Shown: one piece after another, positions 24,801 through 37,056 of the stretch
Position numbering within the stretch: the stretch's first letter is position 1
How the letters are laid out: the number at the start of each line of letters is the position of its first letter
Assembly (NCBI GenBank): GCA_964187785.1
Contig: OZ076409.1
Location: 14,262,001 to 14,326,000 of the forward strand
Source of the DNA: Amphiscolops sp. MND2022
Lineage: Eukaryota
Reading direction: 5' to 3'
Length of the DNA stretch: 64,000 nucleotides
The notes under the pieces: model-generated
Databases searched by the model: none
Seen by the model: the letters and a program-made list of their open reading frames with translations, nothing else
Told to the model about the DNA's origin: nothing
Program-made: the position numbers and the translations under genes

Positions 24801-27800
24801 AGCCCAAAATTTTCCAATTTCTAAATACTTTTTCTCCCAATTTTTTGACAGACTTTGTGGATTGGAATGTTGAGAAGGGCCAACAAGAAACGAATGTGTT
24901 GTCCAGTATGCTTAGAGAAGAGATAAATGCAGTTTTCCAAACGAAAATTTTCTGGAATTGACATCGAAAAAGACAACAATTCGAAAATTTCCGATTTTCA
25001 CCATTTTTAGTCAAATTTTGTCCAACTATCGATAGACGTTGTAGACTAGTTATAACCCCTAAACAATGGGACAACTTAGTGTTTCGGTGATCTTTCGTCA
25101 GGAGATTGTCGAAATTTGTCGAAAACTTCAAGTTTTTGTCGTTTTCGATGCAATTTCTGTACAATTTCCGAGAGTTCGTTATAAGTTCCAACACAATCAA
25201 CAATAAATGAACGAGCTATGCATTAATCTTATTGAAGACAACGTTGCAGTGTTTTGCTTCAAAAACACCTCAGAATGACTCCAAATGAGTCGAAAACTTT
25301 CAACATCTTCGTTTTTGTGCAACTTGTGTACATTTTGAATCGTTTTTGAGTCAATGTTGGCAATTGTTCAACAAAGATTGGAATCATAATTCAGTAGGTT
25401 TTTAAAAAATTGCGGACATCGGTTGGAAAATGGCTCAAAACTGTTTAAATTTTTGCCGATTTCTGACATTTTCAGTGACTTTTCATTTGAGAATAGAAAA
25501 TTTTGGTGAGATAATAGCTTCAAAAAGCTCCAGATGATAACACCAAGTCAACAGTTCGTTTCTCAAAACGAAATTGGCATATTTTCTGGAAGAAAGTTTC
25601 CTCAGAATGACCCAAGTAATGCAAAAACTGAGAATTTTTATATTTACATTTTAGGCAGTTTTTTGTACAATTATTGAGCTACTTCCTTGCACAAAATGGT
25701 TTCAAAACTCAGCAATAACTAATCCTGGTATCCAGTAGGCAATCTTGAAGATATAAGTGCAGTTTTTTGCTCGATTTGGCCTCACTCCCAAAATCCATGG
25801 ATCAACAAAAAAGCAGAACCTCTAGTCTAAGTGGAAAGTACTTTCTACCTGCGCCCTAGTTATTGGCAGAACCGTTAGATAATTCTCTTGCTAAAACTGA
25901 GATTGTTAGTTTCTTACGAAAAAAATGATGAAGATCTTGAAAAGAGTACTTTTTAGAACGTATTCCACAAAAGTACAAATGACTTAAACTTACAGAATTA
26001 GGAAGCTCGAATTTTAAGCACCAGTTGTGCTAGTTTTTGCTTGTCAATCGTGATTTTTTTGAGAAATTTTGAACTTTTGCAGTCTTTGTTAGCCATTGTA
26101 TTTATTATTTCCTTCATATATATATCCATCCCATTGAACCAGTTAGACAAATTTCTATGGAAAAGAAACATCCAAATATTAAATTTATATTGTCGAAGGT
26201 TTAAGGCAAAAAACTGTCGAATGGTTAGTTTTTTTACGTCTAATGCTGTGAATCAACGTAACAACGAATTTCTCATGCGAATACACGTCATGGTCCATGG
26301 TTGTGGAAGATTTGTGGTCTAAAATGTAGTTGTGTTCTGTACTGCGTCCTTTGAGCCCATGAAGTGTGACCAACTATATGAAGTTCTCTTCGTTTTTGAT
26401 GATTCCGTAGGAATCGAAAAGAGTCAACATGTCAAACAACTCAACTTTTCGATGCGCCTCTTTTCAACGCACAATGTATTCACATTCCTTCTGCACGATT
26501 TCGATTTTTTCGATTTTAATCAAGAATTTCTGTGTACGAAAATAACAAAAGGCACCTGGTGACATTTTATGTGCTGTTTTCAAGCGTGCAGTCTTAGTTG
26601 TACTAAATCAAGATTCTCCATACCCCCTAATAAACGGCCATTGTTGACTAGTCTTGTATATGGAAAATTCACTTGTGATTTTTATTTTTAGCGATTCCCA
26701 TTATCGATTGGTGCTGTGGTGAACTGAAAAGAATCGCTTGAGCTAGCACCGTTCACTGTTGGTTGTCTAGAAGTGAAAAATTACTTCCATATAATAGTGA
26801 ATAAACAGGAAACTGTATTTATCATTAGCAGAGTGAAATATGGAACTACTATGACGACTTAATATGACTTGCATTGAGCTTATGAAGCCTGAATATAATC
26901 ATCCAAGTGTAGTAGAACCACTGTTCCTGTGTCTATGTCCCAAATTTTGTAGCTCTGCGCTTGCTGTTTTATTTCTGTTTTTGTCTCAATTTCGTGGTGC
27001 AAATGATAGTGTGGCAATAACTGTTAGCCTATATCATCATTGAATGTGGGGAGCGTCCTTCGTTGTTTGAGCAATTCATCGACAAAGGTAGCATTAATCT
27101 AGAGGGATTCTGAGCCTACATGTAAGTAGTTGTTGACATGTTTATTCGATTCATACCATCACCTCCGTTCAGCGAAGAGCCCGCTTGTGAAGCACAAACG
27201 AGCCAATAACCATCGAATCCATGACGGTCGCCGATCAACCTCGATTCGCTTCATTTCTTTCGATAAGTCTAATTATAGCTCAGCCTTTGTTCATTATTCC
27301 ATCTGTTTCTCAACCAACCTACAAGTTTTATATCCTACTCGTCGTTTTACTGTCCCCTATTTTCGCTCTTTCTCGTTATCCTTTGCCTCATAAATACACC
27401 ATATAATGCAGTATTTTGCCTCAAGAAAAAATCAACCGCGGGCGCTGAACGTGAATGCGATATTATATACCCCAGTAGGGTTTATTGACGGCTTAAAAGT
27501 ATATAAATGAGAAAGAACTACTTATTTTGTCATTTTCCCTAATCCGATGTTTATTCGAAATAGTTTGCCTCAGTAAATTGTGCCAATGTTACCGTTTGTT
27601 GGCAATGTTACCGTTTGTTGGTCATTTTGAATTTAGCTGTTGAATGCAATACAGCGTCACCATACCAATTTCTCCAGTTGAGTAATTCCCAATAACTAGT
27701 CAGTATTTCATTGGGCGCTTGTATTTGGAGATATGCTTGCTGAGCTAAGTACTCCGATGTGTCATTTATGTCTGTTTGTTCATCAATAGTCAGCTATTAT

Positions 27801-27861
27801 TCCATCTTGAGCGAAAAAAGAACGAGTTCGCTTTGATGAAAAGTTGGTTGTTGTTTAAGGA

Positions 27862-30402
27862 ATGTCTGAGAACTTGAGATCGTGTGCCAGCTGTGCCGAA
27901 GACTTGATCACATTCGAAGCGGAGCACCGAGAAAGTGACCAGCCCAGTGAGATTATCGATGGGTCCAACGGAGCGGCCGGAATTCTCCGCACGAGCAGCG
28001 AGACCCGAAGGAAACGTTTTCCCAGACTCAGAGGCAAGACCACCATAAGGTCTCCCGAAGAGCGCCAACAGCGTGACTCCTATGCCAAGGAGAAGAAAAA
28101 TGCAAGTCGAAGAGTGGAGGAATACATCCGCAACAACAGTTTCGACAAGATGTCGGGATGGCTCAAATTCAGGTGTGCCGTTTTCCACAAAATGTGGATC
28201 AAGTTCTACTGCGTGTTGAAACCCGGCTTTTTGGTCGTTTACAAAGACGAGCACATGCAGCGCCGAGTGGGGTGGGTAGGAACTATTCTGTTGTCATCAC
28301 TGTACATCATCCAAAGACCCACCCAACGAGGAGGCTTCTGCTTCAAGTTCATTCACTGCCTTCGCAAGTCTATTTGGGTGAACAAGGGCCCCAAAAAGTT
28401 GCAACCCGTCGGGAACTTGAAAGGCTTGAATCTTCCACTGACGTCTGTGATCATCAGGGCTGATTCAGAAGAAATCGGTAAACAATGGTTCGAGTCAATG
28501 AAAAGTATGTGTCTGGCTTCCATGTATGACAATATTTCCGAAAGAACTAACGACGACAAAGACATTGAAGAATTCATTGTACAACCGTCATCAGCAAGCG
28601 CTTCAAGTGACGAGGAGGATGACGATGATGAGAAGATTATTGAGGCGAACCAAATGAACTCGGAAGATTCCGTCGAGATTGATCAGTCGGCTTGCTCTGA
28701 GCAAATCCACGAAGAAACAATGTATGTCAAAGACAACGAGGAACCCTTGCCACATCTGAAGACCGACTTGAAGTCTGTTGGCAATGAAATAGGTAGTGGC
28801 AAATTAGACATTCTAGTGAGTCTCGCTCGCCAAGTGAAACCCAATCAACCTCTATCCAGGATCGTTATTCCACCTTTCGTTAATTATCCCAAATCTTTCC
28901 TCGACAAACTTCAAGATATGTTTTACAGAGTAGATCTTATAGCTGAAATGACGAGAGCAGAGTCGCCACGCGATAGAATGGAACTTTTTGCCAAGTTCAT
29001 GTTATGGCTGAATAACTTCCACCCTACACGCGAGATGAAAAAGTATTACAACTCTGTTCTCGGTGAGAAGTCTCGATGCTACTTTCAGCATCCTAATGGA
29101 TCGCGAACACATTTCATAGCCGAGGAAGTGACCCATCATCCCCCCGCTAGTGCAATTTACTGTGTGAACAAGCAAGAAGGTTTCAGCATCCGAGTGCTGA
29201 TGGAGTTCGAAGTGAGATTCCAGGTGTACTACGTTCGCAGCAACATCAAAGGTGGCGTGGAAGTGACCCTACATAACCTGAATGAGAAATACACGGCATC
29301 ATTCCCAGATCTCATCGTGAACAACATCTTTTTGGGCCAGTTTCGAATTGACTTCGAAGGTCCCTTGACCCTGTCTTGCAAACAGACTGGATACAGATGT
29401 CAAATTGACTTTAAAACTAGATGGACTCCGTGGGGCAGAGAAAGTCAGTTCCACAGAATCAAGGCCAAGTTGTATGACAACGAAGACACCGAGGTGTTGC
29501 AAGCAGAGGGACACTGGAACTCTACTGTCTACACCAAAGCACAGAATGGCAAGTCGCAACTGTTTTGGAAGGCAGATAAGTCAGCCATGCTAGACAAGTA
29601 TATAGTTCATACAAGTGATTTAGACGAGTATGAGTCATCTAGACTGTGGTGTGGACTCACAGAGGCCTTGCTCAGGGGCGACGACGAAGAGGCAATAATT
29701 CAGAAGACTTTGGTCGAACAGGCTCAGAGGGACCTCAGAGCTCTTCGGGCACAGATGGGCGAGGAATACCAACCTGCTTTGATGGTACTGGAGGAGCCAA
29801 CGTCTGAAGAAGAGTCGGAGATTCCACCTCTATACAATTACGTGTACCAATCAGACTCGAAGTGGGACCCTGAAAATGACGAGTATCAGTACGAGCACAA
29901 CTTCGTTATCAAAACGCACAAACGCAACAAATCATCGTCGGGAATCGGCACAAAAGTCTCGAAGGATAAGTTTGTCGTGGGTGCTTTCGGAGACAGCACA
30001 TCGAGCAGAGGCGAGTCATCTCGGGTGAACAGGTCATTGAGCAAGTCATCTAAAGAGAGGAATGACGAGTATGCTAAATTGACTGATTCCCTCGAAGGAC
30101 AAAATAGCATCAAGGCACAAATGGATTCTATACACAAAGCATTGCAAACTCTTCAGGAAGGTCTCAGGACTATAGAACGCAGAACCGATCATCAATTGGG
30201 GGCAAGCGCTCCTGCAGCCGCCGCTGTCACTGTTTCTCCCGCTGCAGTTGACACCAGACCTGCAAACGTGAGCTCCTCGAAACACGTGGAATCCAGAAAC
30301 AGGACAAATGGCAGCGGTGGCCTTTCTTGGACTTCTATTATTTTCTGCATGCTATGTGTACTTTTTTGTATCCTCTATACATATTATTTCCAACGAAGCT
30401 GA
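27862..30402 (+). CDS. Oxysterol-binding protein-related protein of the ORP5/ORP8 (OSBPL5/8) subfamily, 846 aa, single coding exon
   Basis: Polybasic N-terminus; ORP5/8-type PH domain (GWLK..W.K..CVLKPG...WVGTILL...GFCFK..H...SIW..KGPK); ORD with EEVTHHPP, LEGHW-like AEGHWNS, ESSRLW and WDPEND; coiled coil; C-terminal TM helix (WTSIIFCMLCVLFCILYTYYF). ATG start and TGA stop. Confidence 0.95.
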   Translation: MSENLRSCASCAEDLITFEAEHRESDQPSEIIDGSNGAAGILRTSSETRRKRFPRLRGKTTIRSPEERQQRDSYAKEKKNASRRVEEYIRNNSFDKMSGWLKFRCAVFHKMWIKFYCVLKPGFLVVYKDEHMQRRVGWVGTILLSSLYIIQRPTQRGGFCFKFIHCLRKSIWVNKGPKKLQPVGNLKGLNLPLTSVIIRADSEEIGKQWFESMKSMCLASMYDNISERTNDDKDIEEFIVQPSSASASSDEEDDDDEKIIEANQMNSEDSVEIDQSACSEQIHEETMYVKDNEEPLPHLKTDLKSVGNEIGSGKLDILVSLARQVKPNQPLSRIVIPPFVNYPKSFLDKLQDMFYRVDLIAEMTRAESPRDRMELFAKFMLWLNNFHPTREMKKYYNSVLGEKSRCYFQHPNGSRTHFIAEEVTHHPPASAIYCVNKQEGFSIRVLMEFEVRFQVYYVRSNIKGGVEVTLHNLNEKYTASFPDLIVNNIFLGQFRIDFEGPLTLSCKQTGYRCQIDFKTRWTPWGRESQFHRIKAKLYDNEDTEVLQAEGHWNSTVYTKAQNGKSQLFWKADKSAMLDKYIVHTSDLDEYESSRLWCGLTEALLRGDDEEAIIQKTLVEQAQRDLRALRAQMGEEYQPALMVLEEPTSEEESEIPPLYNYVYQSDSKWDPENDEYQYEHNFVIKTHKRNKSSSGIGTKVSKDKFVVGAFGDSTSSRGESSRVNRSLSKSSKERNDEYAKLTDSLEGQNSIKAQMDSIHKALQTLQEGLRTIERRTDHQLGASAPAAAAVTVSPAAVDTRPANVSSSKHVESRNRTNGSGGLSWTSIIFCMLCVLFCILYTYYFQRS

Positions 30403-30567
30403 CAAATCCAAGTGAACCACATTTCAAAGTAACGTTTTTAACAGAACTCAAATATTGTCTTATCCAACAACTGTCGCCGCCCTTGATCGTTTTGCGTGCT
30501 TCATGGTTTTTCCCAGAAATTCTCACCACTGAATTACTGGTCATCTATGAGTTTTAAACTTCTTTGA

Positions 30568-30739
30568 CACTGAGAAATTTCGAGATGGCAACTTTCAGTT
30601 TTTTAGATGAACAACTTCAAAGTCATGACCATTTGGATCAGCTTTACTGTGGGTCACCATCTTATGAACTGATTTATACATGGTAGCCCATTTCATCTGA
30701 CCAGATAGATTTTTTATTCATGGTGAGAATTTTTCAGTG
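30568..30739. mobile_element. Possible CACTG-ended (CMC/EnSpm-type) MITE just downstream of the ORP stop codon
   Basis: Ends cactgagaaattt / gaatttttcagtg, with tga on both flanks. The left boundary is ambiguous (alternative near 30512). Confidence 0.4.
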
Positions 30740-31494
30740 TGACCGTCCAACTACTGTGATGTAATTGCTGTTTGCTTCCCTGTTTGTCAATTCAGATCCT
30801 ATTATTCGTTGTTACTGACAATAACTACTCAATAGATGTTATCAATTATAAAGCCGCCTAAACCAATATTGATAAATGTTTTATTAATACGAATGAACAA
30901 ATAACAGCCATAATGTGGCCTACTTCTCAATTGCTTACTGTTTCTTTTCAAAGGAATTTATTTTTTCTCTTCAACTCTTTTTTAATCTTTTAGAATGTTA
31001 TACTTTGAAATCCAATGCATAAGGAGAAGGAGGTTACATCGAGAGAAAAATCTCATAAACTATTCGGAAAAGTCTGGAGTTTTAAGAATCGGTTTCAAAA
31101 TTAATGTCTGGACATTAGAGACGTTCTGCGTGCAAACCCAAATGCCTATTCAATAAATGAAGTCATCGTGGTTCGAAAACATTCTCAAGCACGAAAAGGC
31201 AATTCATGGTAAATTGGAAGGGAAAAGTTGAGGGCTCTTATTCCTTTTTCCCCACACTTTTTTTAAAACAAAAAAATAAACATAAGGGATTATTGTAACA
31301 TTCTATTTTACTCTATTTTGATGGTTACACATAAGTGCACATAATCAGTTACTAAATTTTGTTGATTTTGAAATTTTTCACTATAGTTTTTGCGTGTCGG
31401 GGCAATGGAATAAGTTCCAAGTTGAGATGAGGCTTGAAGAAATAGCTGTTCAATGTTCGACAAAGGTCACAAGTGTGGAACAGAAAAAAATGTC

Positions 31495-31904
31495 GGCTCT
31501 TTTCTGTTTTCCCCCCCACCACCAAATTTTTTTTGGGAAATTAGTGAAAATCGTATAACCAAAAGAGTTGAATACAAACCAGAAAGCTTCTAATTTACAT
31601 TTATTCTTAGTGTGACAGTTTAGGATTCAAATACAAACTTTGTTCACACTTTTTCAATATATAGTCACGCAATTTTGATGAAGAAATCAACAGCTTCCTG
31701 TTTTGAGTCACCAATGAACACTTAATACGAACATAATTATAGTCAAAAAGCGTGATCAATGTTTTGTTCTAGCAAAAAACTATGCCAATAGACGTTAACT
31801 TCCCATTATGAAAGAAGGTTTTACTTTTAATTAGACTAGTCTGAAGTTTTTAAGGAAATTTACTTCCAAAATTTTGGTGGTGGGGGGAAAAACAGAAAAG
31901 AGCC
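31495..31904. mobile_element. 410-bp Merlin-like MITE
   Basis: TIR ggctcttttctgtttt(c/t)ccccccaccaccaaa with GG...CC termini. 8-bp TSD aaaatgtc at 31487-31494 and 31905-31912. Confidence 0.82.
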
Positions 31905-31966
31905 AAAATGTCATCCGCCTATGAAAGTTTGAAGTACTATTGGCGTGACAATGACGAAAGATTGTA

Positions 31967-32727
31967 CAGTAGCGTTCTAAAATATCGCAACTCCAATGCT
32001 TAAAATTGCAAATTTCAAATTCAAATTTCTTGAAAACTGTCACAAATACGAAAAAGTGTCAGCTAGGAAAGTTTCTTAGAATTTTATCTAGTTTACAAAA
32101 ATGTTTGTTTGAAATTTCTGCGACAAAAATTACAAAAGTTAGAAAATAGAAATTTTGACAAAATTTAATCAAATTTGTACTTTTTCTGGATTTTCACAAA
32201 GTTGAAAATATATTTTTGAAAAATTTTCAGTCAATCATTTGCCCCCAAATCTCCTGAGGATGCTGATATAATTTGATCGGAAAACTTTTGCGATTTCAAA
32301 TAAAAATCATCCATTTTCTAAATACAATTCTTATAGCCTATCTTAATACATGTACTTCAGTGCTCATAGACACAAAATATAGTGTATTTTTTCTGATTCG
32401 AAAAAAAATTATCGATCAAAAATATTCAGTAGTTTCGGGAGATTATAGGAAGTTTCCCAATGAAAAAAAAATCCAAAAAAAATTTATTCTAAGTTACTCA
32501 ATTTTCGAAAAAACTCAAATTTCAATTAAAATTTACTAAAATTTGCAATTTCTAACTTTTTTGGTAACGGTCGTAGAAATTTCAAACAAACATTTTTGTA
32601 AACTAGATAAAATTCTAAGAAACTTTCCTAGCTGGCAAAATTTTGTATTCGTGACAGTTTATGAGATTTTTGGTTTTGAATTTTGCCATTTTATACTATG
32701 AGGTTGCGATATTTTAGAACGCTACTG
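31967..32727. mobile_element. Tc1/mariner-type non-autonomous element with long TIRs
   Basis: Perfect terminal 25 bp cagtagcgttctaaaatatcgcaac; imperfect inverted match for about 200 bp; TA TSD. Confidence 0.9.
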
Positions 32728-34611
32728 TACAATACCGCACGTGAGAAACGCACGATAAACTGACGTATTTGAAATCATAATTATTTCAAACTTGCTCACA
32801 AACTTTCATTATTGATATTACAATCTTGGACTTCATACCAGATAATTGAAACAATTGCGTTCAACTTTCAAACAATTTCGTTCAGATTTCAACTTTCATT
32901 TGTGAAAAAGTTTTCGATGACGTCAAAAGCATTCAAAGACTTTGACAAAGTCCCGAACAGTCGTGTATATGCTTCGCTTTGCTCGCCTGAAAATTCCGAG
33001 AGGGCCTCGAATTACTGCTTTATCCGTAGTTTTCACCTGGGTGCCAAGTTCTAGAAACTTTTTTGGCTCTTCTGTTTCCCCACTAAAATTTTCAGAGGGA
33101 AATTGGCAAAAAAATTTCAAACAGTGAATTGAAAGTGAAATTTTTTCATAACAGGAAGTAAACTTTATTGAAATGGTGTGCGTTCATTTGACCCCAAAAT
33201 CATTTCACCCCACATTAATTTCACCCCACTTCCATTTCACACCATATTGTCATTATACAAAAGCGTCTCACCGTAATTAACCAATTAACCGATATTACCA
33301 TGACGAAAATGAAAAGCTCAAAACTTGGCATTAATGATGTAAAAACTGATTTTAGGACTCGAAACAACTTAGCATATCATAGCCTCAGCACAATTTGAAA
33401 ATTTTAGTATTTTTCTTGTTAACCTTAAGTTGACCAGGAAAATTTTGGATCCATCCAAATATCGGGTGCTTAAACTTTAAACCGCAATATTTCCTAAACT
33501 ATTCAAGTCCAACAAACGATTTATAGAGCTTTCGAAAGAGGAGCATCAGAGCTTTCAAATCAATTTTTAAACTGCTAGGCTGGGGGGCACTGACTCTGGA
33601 CTTTTCGCCAAAAATTTCGACTACTTATTCAATCGTATCGTTTTTTTCTCCGGACCTTTCAATGAAAATTTCAAATTTCTCCAAAACTGTCCATACGATT
33701 TTCATTTTAAAATGCACAGCATGAAATTCAGACAGTCTGTCCGTACAAGTGGTATTTAAAAAACTCACTTCTAAAGTAGAGTTTTCTAACGCAAGCTCCA
33801 ACTAAAAACCAGAAAAATTCACTTACGGCCTCAACTTTTTTTTTACTAAAGATGAATTTGCTCGAGATTGCTGAAGTAAAATGAACCTTTTGAACGCAAA
33901 TACGTTGTCAGAGACAATCGAAATATAGTAAGACGAGAACGTTCGAAGCCTTGTTGAAAACCCAAAATGCGGAAGTCGATTGAATCTGTGAAGGAGCCGC
34001 CTTGAAATTTAGAGGTTCCCGTTTTGTTTTCTTTTGGTTTCCAGTTTTTCTTTGCATTTCTTACTATCCGTTTCACCGATGATATTTGTGTCGAAGAAAT
34101 CAGAAACTGCCTTTTGATCTCATTTTTTGTGTTGTTTGAATGCCCAATTTTTAAACGTTTCACTGGATGGCTTCAGTGATTCACCGCTCGGGCCGAAGAG
34201 TCCTTTGAACTGTTTTGACTCAGATCTTTCAAGATTTGAAGAAAACTCCCTTGAGTATTTTTCACAGGCCTTGTTTTTCTTGAGCTGGGCACTGACTTTG
34301 TCCGTTGAAGTCTTGTTGTTAGTCGGTGCTAATTGTAACAAAATGTGTCCGACTGTTACTGTGGAAAATGTTTTTGACGGATCACAGACCTCATAATGGT
34401 CCACGTTTCGAACAGCACCAAATGGCCTAGTGGTTGGAATGTGTGCTTCGCAATCAGGACGTATTAGGTTTAATCCCCACACAAGACTTTTTCATGTTTG
34501 CCGGTATGGATGAGGTCAAAAGACCGGCTATGGGTTCTTGTCTCTGTCCAACCCCTTCGGATATTTTAGTTAGTTTTTCAGAATTTTGGCGCTCTGAGAT
34601 TTGTAGGATCG

Positions 34612-35107
34612 AACAAGCCGGGAACGGCGCAAGTCGGTGCCCCGCTCAAGGTTCAAAAAAGTAAAGTGTTAGAAATATTCAAGGGCCAACTATTGAAACG
34701 TTTCTATTATCAAACTTCCAAAAATACCTGAAGGGGTACCCGTGAGACTCGAAAATAGCTTTTTCTGACCTGAAAACAGAAAAACGTATATATTGAAAAT
34801 ATATTTGATTTTTTTTTCATTCAAACATGATCTCATTGTGCTGAAAAAAACTTTAAGCTCTCAAAACGCTTTTCCCAGCGAAGAACTTTTTCAAAAAAGT
34901 GGGTACGCTTTGAGTTAATAGAATTTTTTTAACGAAAAGTCGCATAGTGCCGAAAGTTTTTTCCACAGGTATTTAAAAATTTCTCATGAACCCCGCAGGA
35001 TTAAGAAATCACCGATGTCTCTCTTAAGGCTTCGGAAACGAATTTTCTTAACAGAAAACCTCAAAAAACCGAAAAGTGAGAGAAGAAAATTTCCATGTTT
35101 TTTTTCC
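34612..35107 (-). mobile_element. Helitron-like family copy D (duplicated at 36561-37056); target of the BEL insertion, resuming at 45792
   Basis: Begins aacaagccgggaacggcgcaagtcggtgccccgctcaagg. Sequence after 45791 resembles copy A in reverse. Confidence 0.5.
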
Positions 35108-35784
35108 TGTTTGTGCCCGCGTGCACAAAGGGGGGTTTGTGGCTGCTAACTTGGGAGCATAAAAGGCTGATGAATGGATTGAAGAATTAATTGATTAGTT
35201 GTTCAAGTATAAAGCAAAGTTGGTTTACATTGAAGATTAAGTTAAAAGAAAGTTAACAGGAATGGGAATTATGGCTCAGTTACAAGATTACGGCTCATGA
35301 AGTAACCAGCAGCTAGCAGTGAAAGTTTAATGTTTGATTGACCCGAGCAGTGCCTGTCTCCCATGTTATTTCAACTCTAGGTGTCCTAGGAAGGGATTCA
35401 CAAAACGTTAAAGTTACTTTAGCAGGTACCAGACAAGTCATTGTCTGGGAAGCAACTCTTTCCTTGACTTATTAATTAAAACCGGTAAAAAGGTAACGCA
35501 AGTTGAATCGGCTTTGTACTGATTCCAGCAAGTTCAAAGACATTTGAACATGCTGCACAAAAGCATTGTTTCAGTATGGCGTGGTGAACTGAATGAAATA
35601 TGATTAAATTACGTAACGTTTGAACTGAAGGCACCTCACTATGAAAATTGTTGAGGTGTCATTCAAGTGATTGACATGTATCGACGAACGACGGAAATGA
35701 GCACGAACGACCGAAATGGTACGTTCGTAGGTAAACACGAAACGCAAAACATTTTTATCAATGCAAAAGCAAAGCCCGAAAACC
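35108..35784 (-). repeat. Partial BEL LTR (677 bp) within the tandem duplication
   Basis: Matches 37057-37733 and is preceded by the same tttcc. Confidence 0.93.
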
Positions 35785-37056
35785 TTTTTTTTTACTAAAG
35801 ATGAATTTGCTCGAGATTGCTGAAGTAAAATGAACCTTTTGAACGCAAATACGTTGTCAGAGACAATCGAAATATAGTAAGACGAGAACGTTCGAAGCCT
35901 TGTTGAAAACCCAAAATGCGGAAGTCGATTGAATCTGTGAAGGAGCCGCCCTGAAATTTAGAGGTTCCCGTTTTGTTTTCTTTTGGTTTCCAGTTTTTCT
36001 TTGCATTTCTTACTATCCGTTTCACCGATGATATTTGTGTCGAAGAAATCAGAAACTGCCTTTTGATCTCATTTTTTGTGTTGTTTGAATGCCCAATTTT
36101 TAAACGTTTCACTGGATGGCTTCAGTGATTCACCGCTCGGGCCGAAGAGTCCTTTGAACTGTTTTGACTCAGATCTTTCAAGATTTGAAGAAAACTCCCT
36201 TGAGTATTTTTCACAGGCCTTGTTTTTCTTGAGCTGGGCACTGACTTTGTCCGTTGAAGTCTTGTTGTTAGTCGGTGCTAATTGTAACAAAATGTGTCCG
36301 ACTGTTACTGTGGAAAATGTTTTTGACGGATCACAGACCTCATAATGGTCCACGTTTCGAACAGCACCAAATGGCCTAGTGGTTGGAATGTGTGCTTCGC
36401 AATCAGGACGTATTAGGTTTAATCCCCACACAAGACTTTTTCATGTTTGCCGGTATGGATGAGGTCAAAAGACCGGCTATGGGTTCTTGTCTCTGTCCAA
36501 CCCCTTCGGATATTTTAGTTAGTTTTTCAGAATTTTGGCGCTCTGAGATTTGTAGGATCGAACAAGCCGGGAACGGCGCAAGTCGGTGCCCCGCTCAAGG
36601 TTCAAAAAAGTAAAGTGTTAGAAATATTCAAGGGCCAACTATTGAAACGTTTCTATTATCAAACTTCCAAAAATACCTGAAGGGGTACCCGTGAGACTCG
36701 AAAATAGCTTTTTCTGACCTGAAAACAGAAAAACGTATATATTGAAAATATATTTGATTTTTTTTTCATTCAAACATGATCTCATTGTGCTGAAAAAAAC
36801 TTAAAGCTCTCAAAACGCTTTTCCCAGCGAAGAACTTTTTCAAAAAAGTGGGTACGCTTTGAGTTAATAGAATTTTTTTAACGAAAAGTCGCATAGTGCC
36901 GAAAGTTTTTTCCACAGGTATTTAAAAATTTCTCATGAACCCCGCAGGATTAAGAAATCACCGATGTCTCCCTTAAGGCTTCGGAAACGAATTTTCTTAA
37001 CAGAAAACCTCAAAAAACCGAAAAGTGAGAGAAGAAAATTTCCATGTTTTTTTTCC

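Noticed and set aside
27584..27621. 19-bp tandem duplication upstream of the ORP start codon
   Set aside because: Real, but most likely ordinary slippage; no evidence of function.
33175..33250. atttcacccc subrepeats resembling a MULE-type TIR
   Set aside because: Only one end is visible and there is no TSD.
33826..34610. Possible minus-strand exon with a gtaagt donor near 33825
   Set aside because: Stops in all three frames and no recognisable domain.
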